Positions 1 to 9,274 of a stretch of 64,000 nucleotides of DNA are shown here, piece by piece (position 1 is the first letter of the stretch; each line of letters starts with the position of its first letter). Under the pieces are notes generated by a model, which was not told the DNA's origin, searched no databases, and worked only from the letters and a program-made list of their open reading frames with translations. The stretch is from a virus, in IMG/VR virus record IMGVR_UViG_3300042691_048368, positions 30,998 through 94,997 of that record; one strand, given 5' to 3'. The translations under genes and the position numbers were made by a program.

Positions 1-2
1 AA

Positions 3-1007
3 ATACTCTACGATTTATTCAGTGCAGAATACTATATTGTAAAAGATTTGCCTCAGAACTGGATTGATGTGACAAATGAGCCAGAAATGATTTCATTTTT
101 ATCTGATAGTAGAGCTAAAAGAACTCCGATGCAATGGGATGAAGATAGTTCAAAATATTATGATGTTTCTGGCAGAGGTCAAATAAAAGTTGGTAGGTTT
201 GCACAAGCTTTATTAAATGATCCAGATGTGATTGAAGATTTAGATTTATCCTTTGTTGAAAACTATATTCAAGGACTAACACCAAAAGATTTCGAAGATT
301 TTGTAAACTTGTACAAATCTGAATTTGTAGTAGTTTCTAATGAGTTTAAATTGGTAAAGGGTGATGAAATCCCTTACTATTATGATTTTATGAACTATGC
401 ATATCCCGACAAGGGACACTTGGGTGCATCTTGTATGAGGTATACACATTGTCAAAGATACTTCAGTATCTACAAAAAAAACCCAGAGGTGTGTCAATTA
501 TTGGCGTATGTAAATCAAGAAAATAAAGTTTTGGGTAGGGCACTTGTCTGGAAACTAGATAAGAAAGTTGATGGGTGTCCAGCAGAATATTTTATGGACA
601 GAGTTTATTGTGCAAATGATAGTGATATGATAAAGTTCAAAAATTACGCTAAAGAGAAGGGTTGGGTTATGAAAAACAAAAATGCATCTGATGCGTATGA
701 GGCTTTATTCTTCAACTACAATGATAAAGTCATTTTATCACACATTAGTGTTCAATTGAAAGAATCAAATTTTGCATTTTACCCTTTCATAGACACTCTG
801 TCTTTATTGAACGAAACAAACGGTAAGTTACATAATGTTTTAGGGAAAAATTGTATTGAACTTACTTCGACAGATGGAGATTTTTACACGCCCGATACGA
901 ACAAAAGTAGGAGGGAAAATCTGAAAGAAATGCTAAACGAAATACTCAATGATAATAATTATTTGGGTTATAGAGACCTTATAGAAACTGCATTATCAAA
1001 TCTTTAA
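3..1007 (+). CDS. Hypothetical phage protein, 5'-truncated
   Basis: Frame is open from the window edge (ATA CTC TAC... to TTG at 48). Contains SCMRY, GRALVW and FMDRVY motifs that I recall from uncharacterised phage proteins. Confidence 0.6.
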   Translation: MLYDLFSAEYYIVKDLPQNWIDVTNEPEMISFLSDSRAKRTPMQWDEDSSKYYDVSGRGQIKVGRFAQALLNDPDVIEDLDLSFVENYIQGLTPKDFEDFVNLYKSEFVVVSNEFKLVKGDEIPYYYDFMNYAYPDKGHLGASCMRYTHCQRYFSIYKKNPEVCQLLAYVNQENKVLGRALVWKLDKKVDGCPAEYFMDRVYCANDSDMIKFKNYAKEKGWVMKNKNASDAYEALFFNYNDKVILSHISVQLKESNFAFYPFIDTLSLLNETNGKLHNVLGKNCIELTSTDGDFYTPDTNKSRRENLKEMLNEILNDNNYLGYRDLIETALSNL

Positions 1008-1499
1008 TTAACCACCTAAATAATTCATAAGTTCAATTATATTTTTAATCGTATAACCTAAACTTTCTAAATTTTTTGAACAGTTTCTTAAGAATTCGAT
1101 GTAATTGTCTATAAGTAGGATTGTTCTATCATTTTCCGCTAGATGAGCATCTATCAAAGTAGATTTTTCACCAGCATTTGTTTTCAGTCCTATTCCAAGA
1201 GCGTAAAATACAAACTTATCTTGTCTGATCTTTTTAACTTTTACTTCCTCTTTTGACCTTTTATTTAAAAAAAAGGAAATTTGTTCATTTATCATTTGTC
1301 GATAACTCAAAGCTATAGATTGGCATTCAAAAACTTTCGATGAATTATCTATAGTCAATCTATTTTTGATGACCTCAAAAAGTGGTTCTAAATTCTTATT
1401 CCATTCCTCACGTTTTTGGTTGAAAAACTCTTCTAACTTATCATTGGTATCTTTTGTCTTATTGATCCTTTCAAGTTCTTCTGGTGGGTAAAGGTTCAT
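1008..1499 (-). CDS. uvsY: UvsY-like recombination mediator
   Basis: 163-aa helical protein. C-terminus LGYTIKNIIELMNYLGG resembles the T4 UvsY C-terminal pattern. Confidence 0.55.
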   Translation of the reverse strand: MNLYPPEELERINKTKDTNDKLEEFFNQKREEWNKNLEPLFEVIKNRLTIDNSSKVFECQSIALSYRQMINEQISFFLNKRSKEEVKVKKIRQDKFVFYALGIGLKTNAGEKSTLIDAHLAENDRTILLIDNYIEFLRNCSKNLESLGYTIKNIIELMNYLGG

Positions 1500-1546
1500 A
1501 AAAATAGGGTTTTTTATTTATATATACTTCAAATAGGTAAGTTATC

Positions 1547-2269
1547 ATGAAAATAAAAACTCTTTTCATTAGTGACATACATCTTGGAAATCCAAATTCT
1601 CAAGCTGATAAATTGTTAAGAATTTTAAAAGAGTATGATTTTGAAAATCTTTTCATAATTGGTGACTTCATCGATATGACTTATCTCAAAAGAAAGTTTT
1701 ATTGGGATCAAAATCATTCGACTGTTATACAGAAGATCTTGAGACTATCAAGAAAGGGTTGTAAGGTGACTTACATTTTGGGAAATCATGACTATTATAT
1801 AAGAAGTGTAATTGAAGAAGGAAATATACATTTCGGAGAAATCCTAATTTGTGATGATTATGTTTATCAAACTAAAGGTGGTGAAAAAATCTACCTTACA
1901 CATGGTGACTGTTTTGATGGTTTTGTGAGAATAAGTCCGTGGTTATATTGGTTGGGGGATGTTTCATATGAGTTGTCAATAAAAATAAACAAAATATACA
2001 ATTGGTTCAGGAGATTATTCAAATTAGAATACTGGTCCTTTTCAGCTTACATGAAAACAAAAGTAAAAAGTGCAATTAGTTTCTTGTCTGAGTATAGGAA
2101 GATTTCTGAAGTCAAAATCAAGGAAATGAACTGTGACTCAATAATGATTGGTCATACTCATAATCCTGAAATAAGTAATAATTATTATAACACTGGCGAT
2201 TTTTGCGAAAGTTGTTCTTATATCATTGAGGATCTTGATGGTAATATAAAATTATTATATGTGAAGTGA
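1547..2269 (+). CDS. LpxH-like metallophosphoesterase (UDP-2,3-diacylglucosamine diphosphatase family)
   Basis: SDIHLG, GDFID, GNHD, THGD, GHTH and NTGDF calcineurin-like motifs. Confidence 0.85.
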   Translation: MKIKTLFISDIHLGNPNSQADKLLRILKEYDFENLFIIGDFIDMTYLKRKFYWDQNHSTVIQKILRLSRKGCKVTYILGNHDYYIRSVIEEGNIHFGEILICDDYVYQTKGGEKIYLTHGDCFDGFVRISPWLYWLGDVSYELSIKINKIYNWFRRLFKLEYWSFSAYMKTKVKSAISFLSEYRKISEVKIKEMNCDSIMIGHTHNPEISNNYYNTGDFCESCSYIIEDLDGNIKLLYVK

Positions 2270-3222
2270 AAATATTATATGGTATTCAGTCAACAGGAAA
2301 CGGTCATATATCAAGATCAGCAAAAATAGTAAATAAACTTATTAGAAAAGGTTTCATGGTGGATATCCTTTTCTCTGGTAAAAATTCACAATTGGCATTT
2401 CCATTTCCTATAAAATATAATTTCACCGGTCTGACATTTCATTATGACGGTAGTGGTAATATTTCCTATTGGAAAACATTTAAGGACATACACATCATAC
2501 AATTCTTAAATGATATTAAACTAGACCTTACATCTTATGACTTGGTAATTTCAGATTTTGAGCCAATCACTGCCTGGGCGTCAAAGTTACAAAAAAGGAA
2601 ATGTGTAGGTATAAGTAACCAATGTTCTTACATTTCAAATAAAGTACCTAGACCTGAAAAAAAAGATTTTCTTGGTGAATCAATACTCAAATGGATGGCT
2701 CCTGTGTCAAATCCAATTGGATTACATTTTGAAAAATATGACGATTTTATATACACTCCGATTATAAAAGAATCCTTGATGAAAATATCAACAAGTGATA
2801 AAGGTCATTATGTGATTTATTTGCCAACTTTTGAACTCGAAAATGTGTTAAGTCAGGTATATAAAATAAAAACGGTTAGGTTTGACATCTTCACTCACAT
2901 AAAAAAACCTCATTGGATTGGTAAATGTCATGTTTTACCAATAAAAAAAGATTTATTTGATGAAAGTATAAGGACTTGTCACGGTGTAATAAGTACAGGA
3001 GGGTTTCAAACTTCAGTTGAATCCTTATACTTAGGTAAAAAATTGATGGTCATACCAACAAAAGGTCAATATGAGCAGTTATGTAATGCTGAATCATTAT
3101 CCAAAATGGGATGTGATGTGGGTTTATTAACCGATATACCAAAATTTATAGATGGGGGTAAAAACATTAAAATCGAATGGGATGACCCGTCTGATGAAAT
3201 TATTAAAAGATTGTTGAATTAG
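2266..3222 (+). CDS. GT-B glycosyltransferase (MJ1255/GT28-C-like)
   Basis: MKILYGIQSTGNGHISRS, DLVISDFEP, GGFQTSVE and PTKGQYEQLCNA. GTGA overlap with the upstream gene. Confidence 0.85.
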   Translation: MKILYGIQSTGNGHISRSAKIVNKLIRKGFMVDILFSGKNSQLAFPFPIKYNFTGLTFHYDGSGNISYWKTFKDIHIIQFLNDIKLDLTSYDLVISDFEPITAWASKLQKRKCVGISNQCSYISNKVPRPEKKDFLGESILKWMAPVSNPIGLHFEKYDDFIYTPIIKESLMKISTSDKGHYVIYLPTFELENVLSQVYKIKTVRFDIFTHIKKPHWIGKCHVLPIKKDLFDESIRTCHGVISTGGFQTSVESLYLGKKLMVIPTKGQYEQLCNAESLSKMGCDVGLLTDIPKFIDGGKNIKIEWDDPSDEIIKRLLN

Positions 3223-4121
3223 ATTTTTTTATCAAACAAGAAAACATCGAATATATTATTGCCTTTTACTCTTTTTATTTTTTTCAAAGTTTCACCGGCT
3301 ATTGAATCCATGACTTTGAAAACCCCAAGATTCGTACCTTTTTCATCAATTACTTTAACAGTATTGCCCGCTTGACCAAGTGCTCCAAGAATCGCAAAGT
3401 ATTTATTACCATAAATGCTTTTCAGGAAAGACATTCTAACATTTGCTATGTCTTTCATATTATTCACGTAAGGATTGTCAAGTGGGTTATTCAAATCAAT
3501 TTTAGTATCAGTAGTTTTGACTCTAATTGTAGCAAATTGTCTAGTTTCTTCACCAAGAGAAATATCTTCTTTATTTTGTATCTCTTGCGCTTTTAGAAGA
3601 GCTTGTTGATTCTTTCTTATTTCATTAAAATCAGCTCTAGCAATGATTCCACCTCTCATTCCTTTATCATTCATATTGTAACCTTGAGGTGGAAGTCTGT
3701 AGAAAGATCCAGTGAACGTGATTGACAAAACTCGATCAAGTCTAAACATTCTCCAAATTTTATTTATGTGTCTGTTGGCCGATACAGACCAACCGTTAAG
3801 GTGATATCCTCTAACTAATTCTTTACCTTTTTGTGAACGTCCCAAAACCATAGGATAAATAACTCTTTCGTGTCCAGCAAAATGTTTATCCTTTGCACCT
3901 TTATAGTTTATGAGGAATACCATACCATATTTAATGGCTTTGATTAGAATTTCTTCTGTTGGTTTTATAGGTTCATTAATTGGTATATCAGCAATCTTGG
4001 TTGCTTTTTTTATGTTAAATCTTGGTACATAAGTATTATCTTCTTTGAGTTCATATTTTTCTTTTATAACAAACTCAACTGGCTTTGTATTGTAATATTG
4101 CCTATACTCACTTAGTGTCAT
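3219..4121 (-). CDS. WYL-domain-like protein
   Basis: INYKG...ERVIYPMVLG...VRGYH...WRMFRLDRV matches the WYL pattern. Confidence 0.6.
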   Translation of the reverse strand: MTLSEYRQYYNTKPVEFVIKEKYELKEDNTYVPRFNIKKATKIADIPINEPIKPTEEILIKAIKYGMVFLINYKGAKDKHFAGHERVIYPMVLGRSQKGKELVRGYHLNGWSVSANRHINKIWRMFRLDRVLSITFTGSFYRLPPQGYNMNDKGMRGGIIARADFNEIRKNQQALLKAQEIQNKEDISLGEETRQFATIRVKTTDTKIDLNNPLDNPYVNNMKDIANVRMSFLKSIYGNKYFAILGALGQAGNTVKVIDEKGTNLGVFKVMDSIAGETLKKIKRVKGNNIFDVFLFDKKI

Positions 4122-4138
4122 AATCTATATATAAAAAG

Positions 4139-4168
4139 TAAAAAGTCAGACACATTTGTATCTGACTT
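4139..4168 (-). terminator. Rho-independent terminator downstream of the small lipoprotein gene
   Basis: Minus strand AAGTCAGATAC-AAAT-GTGTCTGACTT followed by T-runs. A U.G pair works only on the minus strand. Confidence 0.65.
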
Positions 4169-4169
4169 C

Positions 4170-4233
4170 AAGAGGTCGACCGATTAGGTCAAATTCCACC
4201 AACTTGTTATGTAGAGGTAACAAGTAACCTTTA
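4170..4233 (-). ncRNA. Candidate structured RNA (three-way junction) in a 3' UTR
   Basis: Minus strand: AGGT/ACCT closing stem enclosing ACTTGTTA/TAACAAGT and TGACC/GGTCG hairpins, with a TGGTGGAATT junction. GC-richer than the flanks. Confidence 0.4.
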
Positions 4234-4236
4234 TTC

Positions 4237-4425
4237 TTAGTGTGCAGCTGAGTCAACTTTAACACTGTCTGCGCAACAAGCTTTAGTTGTGTCACAAGCA
4301 GTAGAATCACAAGAAGTTGAATCCTTAACTACCGCAGTAGAATCTGTAGCAGTTCCTTCTTCAGAAGAAGAACCACATGAAACTAGGAAAGAAACAACTG
4401 CAAACATCAAAAATAGTTTTTTCAT
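4237..4425 (-). CDS. Small Bacteroidota-type lipoprotein
   Basis: MKKLFLMFAVVSFLVS-C lipobox. Mature part is rich in D-S/T-x motifs and Cys. Confidence 0.75.
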   Translation of the reverse strand: MKKLFLMFAVVSFLVSCGSSSEEGTATDSTAVVKDSTSCDSTACDTTKACCADSVKVDSAAH

Positions 4426-4551
4426 AATTTTTTTATTTTTTTAATTTTTTATACTTTTCTATATATGCAAAATGAAAACAAAGGTTTTGGGAAGAGTAGA
4501 TTTTTTATGATGAAATTTTTAATTGGTTTCTTTTTTAATATATATAGATGT

Positions 4552-5262
4552 ATGAAAAAGATTTCGAATAGAAAAGAGGCTAACACTTATTATAAAATTG
4601 TGAATGATGCTATAGATAAATTTTCTAATGAAACTAAATCTACACCGTCGGAGATCCATAGATATTTATCTCGCAATGGAAAAAGTTTTCTCAAAAGACT
4701 TGAAATAAATGATATAGAAGGAATAGACAGTGTGTTGAATGATGTTTTGGTACACAGAAAAAATATAGCTGAAGATAATATCATGTCTTTTGAGAATTTC
4801 AATACATTAAATGAAAATATTTTGACGTTATCCCCTCCGACCGTAGAACATGAAAAGGTTTTGGCAGATTATTTCAATACAAGTTTGGGTCATATAGATT
4901 TACTCGATCCTTCTGTACATTTGTACAGTATTAGTGACTTTGGTGATAAAATATTTGCTATAATTATTCATGAATCTGAAATCGATGTGATTCGAAAAGA
5001 GATGTGTAACAATATAAAGTCCGAAATACTTTCTAAGACAATTAGTATTTCTGAATGTAAAGGGGTGTCAATTAATCCTATCAAATTTTGGGTTGATGAT
5101 TTTTCTCAGTCAGATTTGATTGATGATTATATATCTTCTAAGGTGACTGACTCACATTTGTTCGAGTTCTTTATAGGTGGTCTATCCACTACAAACTCAT
5201 ATGACTTATCAGACTTGTCCTCTAAGGGTAAGATCGGGGAGTACTACCTTTGGTCTAAGTAA
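4552..5262 (+). CDS. Hypothetical protein with internal FENF...LNE motif
   Basis: Start reassigned to ATG 4552, just after AATATATATA. Confidence 0.6.
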   Translation: MKKISNRKEANTYYKIVNDAIDKFSNETKSTPSEIHRYLSRNGKSFLKRLEINDIEGIDSVLNDVLVHRKNIAEDNIMSFENFNTLNENILTLSPPTVEHEKVLADYFNTSLGHIDLLDPSVHLYSISDFGDKIFAIIIHESEIDVIRKEMCNNIKSEILSKTISISECKGVSINPIKFWVDDFSQSDLIDDYISSKVTDSHLFEFFIGGLSTTNSYDLSDLSSKGKIGEYYLWSK

Positions 5263-5346
5263 ATCCTACTAATTTATGTAACATCATGATATAGATACTA
5301 TATTTGGAGTCTTCACTTTTAATATATATGTAAAATCTTATCTAAT

Positions 5347-6372
5347 ATGCAAGAGTATGGGTTGAGTGGTTCGGGTACATATGCCGTGTCATTTCTAAAT
5401 GTTGATGACATGATGGCGGTATTACCGAACAATAATGTAAATCAAATTTCTGCTAGAAATCTAAGGGACGTAATTTATACTCTTTGGGTAAATGGTGGGG
5501 GTGCTGGTGGTTCTTTTTCTTATACACAAGGGTTCCCATTGGATAGAACATCTATCGAGGTAGGCGGTGTCCCGAAGGGTACTAACTTTGTCAATGTCCC
5601 TCTACAAGTTGTTTTAGATACTTTATTTTTCAAACAAAGTGATAACACTGTATCGATACAAGGTACCGGAGAATTCGAGTATGGTTTTTCAAATCCAAGG
5701 GTCAATCTGACCGTTAAATTGAATCAAAATAATGATAATTTGATAAACTTTGCTGAGATTAGACGTTCTAGTGAGAATGCACGTATTCCAACTTGGCCTC
5801 TATTGGGCACTACTTTGGAACCAATTCCTAATCTTCCGACAGCAGTCAATACCGTAGCCCAAACTCCTTATAACAATGAAGAAGTTCACAGAAATAACAA
5901 AACTACTTGGACTTTGACTGCTAGGGATATTAATAATAAAACTTACACTGCTAAAACAGATGCTACATGGTTTTTGAGGAGATTTTGGGGTTCTATTGAT
6001 TTATCAAGTTTTGGTCTCACTTTCAATATATTCTCCGCAACACCAGCTCAACTCACAGCAATAATAAATGCTTTAGCTGATATACCAGTAAGGACACCTG
6101 GTGTCGAACCTTTGAATTCCTCTAGTTCTCAGTCTCAACTTTTCAAAGTAGATTTTGTAGTACCTGGTCTAAGACATATTTGGTTTGCTTGGCCTAGTAC
6201 AGACTACACAAATGGAGTACCTTCTCAATTTCAAGATGCCAATAGAAATGAAGCTAATATTTTCAGAAGAGTGATAACAAGAAATTTCGAAAATCAATAT
6301 GGTTATGTTACCAGTTATGATTTTTGGGTTGTAAATTACCCACAAGGATCTACAACTGTTTATGTTTTATAA
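5347..6372 (+). CDS. Virion structural protein (fibre/spike cluster)
   Basis: S/T/N/G-rich, predicted beta. Shares VGG...F.xV.L and (W/I)AF/WP modules with 9275..11014. Confidence 0.55.
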   Translation: MQEYGLSGSGTYAVSFLNVDDMMAVLPNNNVNQISARNLRDVIYTLWVNGGGAGGSFSYTQGFPLDRTSIEVGGVPKGTNFVNVPLQVVLDTLFFKQSDNTVSIQGTGEFEYGFSNPRVNLTVKLNQNNDNLINFAEIRRSSENARIPTWPLLGTTLEPIPNLPTAVNTVAQTPYNNEEVHRNNKTTWTLTARDINNKTYTAKTDATWFLRRFWGSIDLSSFGLTFNIFSATPAQLTAIINALADIPVRTPGVEPLNSSSSQSQLFKVDFVVPGLRHIWFAWPSTDYTNGVPSQFQDANRNEANIFRRVITRNFENQYGYVTSYDFWVVNYPQGSTTVYVL

Positions 6373-6392
6373 AATAAAAAATGATATAAGAA

Positions 6393-9239
6393 ATGCCTAC
6401 AAAGAATCAAGGAACGTTAGTACTAGGTACAGTAAAAACCCAATATCAAGAACAATTATTTCCTGTAGCAGAAAATAATGATTTAAAAGGTGGTATACAC
6501 GGTATTACTAATAGTGTTCGTGGAAGTCTCATCGAAGGTTTTGGTACTATAAACGAACTACGTAGGGCTTGGGGTATGATGGTGTATGTTTATGATGAGA
6601 ACAGGTTATACCAATTACAACCAGTTGCAAGTGGTGCTATCTCGAATGACAACAACTTTGTACCATTGCAAGTAGGACAAAAATCTACAACAGAATGGAT
6701 CGATTCTGTTATTGGGATTGCAGTGGATGCAACAGATATCAGTACAAAAGTTAATGGAGATAGGTACTTAGTAAGTCAGAATCCATCTGGTGCTGATTTT
6801 AGTGGTAAGATGAACCAAATAGCTGTTTGGAACTCTGTTAAAAATATTACTGGTGGTTGGGATACAACTGAACCAACAAATGGTACGACACTAAGAGTCG
6901 ACACTGACCCATATGCTACTTATGTCTTTTTAGGAACTAGTAGTACTGCTGGTAAATGGTATAGAGAAGTACAGAATGCAGTTAGGTATATAGAACCAAC
7001 TTCGAATAATGGTAGAACATTTAGTTTTATTAGTAATAGTCAGACTCCAATATCACCAGTGATGGGTTATACATCGTCTGTTTACTATGCGTCTTTTGGA
7101 ACTGCAAATTCGGGTACAGTCTCTTTATCTATAGATGGAAACTTTTATGTTCCCATCAAAAAAGTCGCTAATGGGTTATTGACTGAACTTGTTGCAAATG
7201 ATTTTGAAGCAGATATACGATATCAACTCACATATGACAGAGGTGTTTTTCAAATAAATCTTCCCTCCTCAGGTTCAGGTGTTATAGGTGACGCGGAAGA
7301 CGCCGCTGGATATTCTGATGGTCTGTTTACTGATTTCACAACTAGTACTCCAGTCGGTACTGCGGTTGATAGATTCAATGAGATTCTGAAATTTTTGGTA
7401 CCCTCACCAGCACCGGATCTCAGTTCATGGGGTGTTCTGTCAGCAAACTTGACCAATTTCGTATCAGGAAAAATATCCTATCAATTCACTGACGAACCAG
7501 GTATAGATGGTGGTTTAGTTTCTACTACTTTTTCTGATATAGATGGTACTCCAGCTTCTGGTACTGGAATCACTAGAGGAGGTTTATTCGAAAAGAGTAA
7601 TCCGACTAGACGTTTGGGCGTCAAACCTTTCAATGATGTAGATGTGAGTGGTATACTAAACATAGGTGTCAATGGACATCCGTCCCAACCATCGCCAGCT
7701 TATGCGACTTACTCTTTCGGTAATGGTATAACTGGTAGTGTAGTTTTATATGTGAATGATGTAGCTGTATCTAGTGTTGATTTAGGAGCTAATTTGGGGT
7801 CGGTTAACACAACATCAACTAACACTACCTCTGGACTTATATTATCAGCAGCGACTGCTTCGAAGTTTTCAACTGGTGTTCCATTCGAAAATTTCTGGTA
7901 TAGAACGGGTACATTCTTAGTCAAGTATAATGATGCTAACATGAAAAGAGGTTTCAACTTCATACAGGTCAAACATTTGTTACCTACGTCTACTTTAAGT
8001 TTGGCTAAGATTGAGTTTCTTACTGATTCGTCCACGTCCGCAACTGACCTGAAAACTCCATCTCCTAGTGCATGGGTAACAACCAATAAGAAATTCCTTT
8101 CTGGTATCCAATATTTATCCACTGGAACTACATTTCAACACAATCAACAAGCGGATAATATCTACAAAAATACTTATTATCCAGGTGATGACGCTGGTAC
8201 TTTTACAGATGAAACCCAAATATCAAATAGTCCTATTTATAATAACGCTAGTCCAACAGATAACACTTCTTATCAGACCAATTCACCAGTAACATCTGGC
8301 GTTTTGCAAAAAATATTTGATCCAGATGGTGATTTTCAATCATTGTCAACTCCGAATGGTGTTAATAGTTCATTTGTATTTACAAAAAAATTTATTGTCA
8401 AAACACCGGCTCGAAAGATAGGTACATCGACAACTACTTTTGTTTCTGCAAAACGTACAGTACAAGCTACTGTCAAAAACAACCCATTGACAGTACCTGG
8501 TTGGTTTATTGATACATATCCAATCAGTAGTGGGGATAGAGTTGAAAATTTTGATGATGAAGATAGGAGACTTGTATTGGGTGACTATAATACTGTTGTT
8601 AGTTTTCCTACCTCTGCACCATATTCGAATTGGAGTTCATCTACAAGTATCAGAACTTCAAATGATTTACAAATTGCCGATGGTAGGTTATTTTACCCAC
8701 ATTATAATTTCACATCAGCAGGAGATGCAAATACTAATCCAAACTTCAATTTGGGCATAACCCGTAACTATTTGAATTGTAAGGCTTCTACCTCTGGTAC
8801 ATCAAAGGGTGCCGGTACAAGGGCTTATATAAGAGCTTTTTATGTTGGTAACGTTCCAACAGATAAAATCAGAGTGACAATGAACTGGGTAAACACCAAC
8901 TTTGTAAAAGCTACGACCACTTTGACTGGTGGTAATAACCAAAACTGTACTCTAGAATTCAAGATCCCTTATAACACAAGTACACCATTTCCATCTGGTA
9001 CAAGTATTGGTGGAGCTGCTACTGGTTGGTTAGACGCTTATGTCCCTTTTTTACCAGACCAATTCCAAAATGGTGATGGTTGTTTAGAAGGAACGAGACC
9101 CACAACTAGTGGTAATGTTTGGAAAATATATTTCGGTACAAGGACTACTGCTTTTTCAAATGGGTGGGTATTGATGAGGTTTACAGCGGGTTCTGAATGG
9201 ACTGGATATTTATCGGACATAAACGTTACTCTGACTTAA
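6393..9239 (+). CDS. Virion fibre/spike protein with DUF2793-like module
   Basis: GDRYLVSQNPSGADFSGKMNQIAVW...GGW...P resembles DUF2793. S/T/G-rich. Confidence 0.55.
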   Translation: MPTKNQGTLVLGTVKTQYQEQLFPVAENNDLKGGIHGITNSVRGSLIEGFGTINELRRAWGMMVYVYDENRLYQLQPVASGAISNDNNFVPLQVGQKSTTEWIDSVIGIAVDATDISTKVNGDRYLVSQNPSGADFSGKMNQIAVWNSVKNITGGWDTTEPTNGTTLRVDTDPYATYVFLGTSSTAGKWYREVQNAVRYIEPTSNNGRTFSFISNSQTPISPVMGYTSSVYYASFGTANSGTVSLSIDGNFYVPIKKVANGLLTELVANDFEADIRYQLTYDRGVFQINLPSSGSGVIGDAEDAAGYSDGLFTDFTTSTPVGTAVDRFNEILKFLVPSPAPDLSSWGVLSANLTNFVSGKISYQFTDEPGIDGGLVSTTFSDIDGTPASGTGITRGGLFEKSNPTRRLGVKPFNDVDVSGILNIGVNGHPSQPSPAYATYSFGNGITGSVVLYVNDVAVSSVDLGANLGSVNTTSTNTTSGLILSAATASKFSTGVPFENFWYRTGTFLVKYNDANMKRGFNFIQVKHLLPTSTLSLAKIEFLTDSSTSATDLKTPSPSAWVTTNKKFLSGIQYLSTGTTFQHNQQADNIYKNTYYPGDDAGTFTDETQISNSPIYNNASPTDNTSYQTNSPVTSGVLQKIFDPDGDFQSLSTPNGVNSSFVFTKKFIVKTPARKIGTSTTTFVSAKRTVQATVKNNPLTVPGWFIDTYPISSGDRVENFDDEDRRLVLGDYNTVVSFPTSAPYSNWSSSTSIRTSNDLQIADGRLFYPHYNFTSAGDANTNPNFNLGITRNYLNCKASTSGTSKGAGTRAYIRAFYVGNVPTDKIRVTMNWVNTNFVKATTTLTGGNNQNCTLEFKIPYNTSTPFPSGTSIGGAATGWLDAYVPFLPDQFQNGDGCLEGTRPTTSGNVWKIYFGTRTTAFSNGWVLMRFTAGSEWTGYLSDINVTLT

Positions 9240-9274
9240 TAAAAAAAATATATAATAAAAATCGATTGTAAAAA

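Noticed and set aside
4170-4233. Hammerhead or HDV/theta ribozyme
   Set aside because: No CUGAnGA/GAAA core, and the stem order and J4/2 strand do not fit the HDV fold. Kept only as an unclassified RNA candidate.
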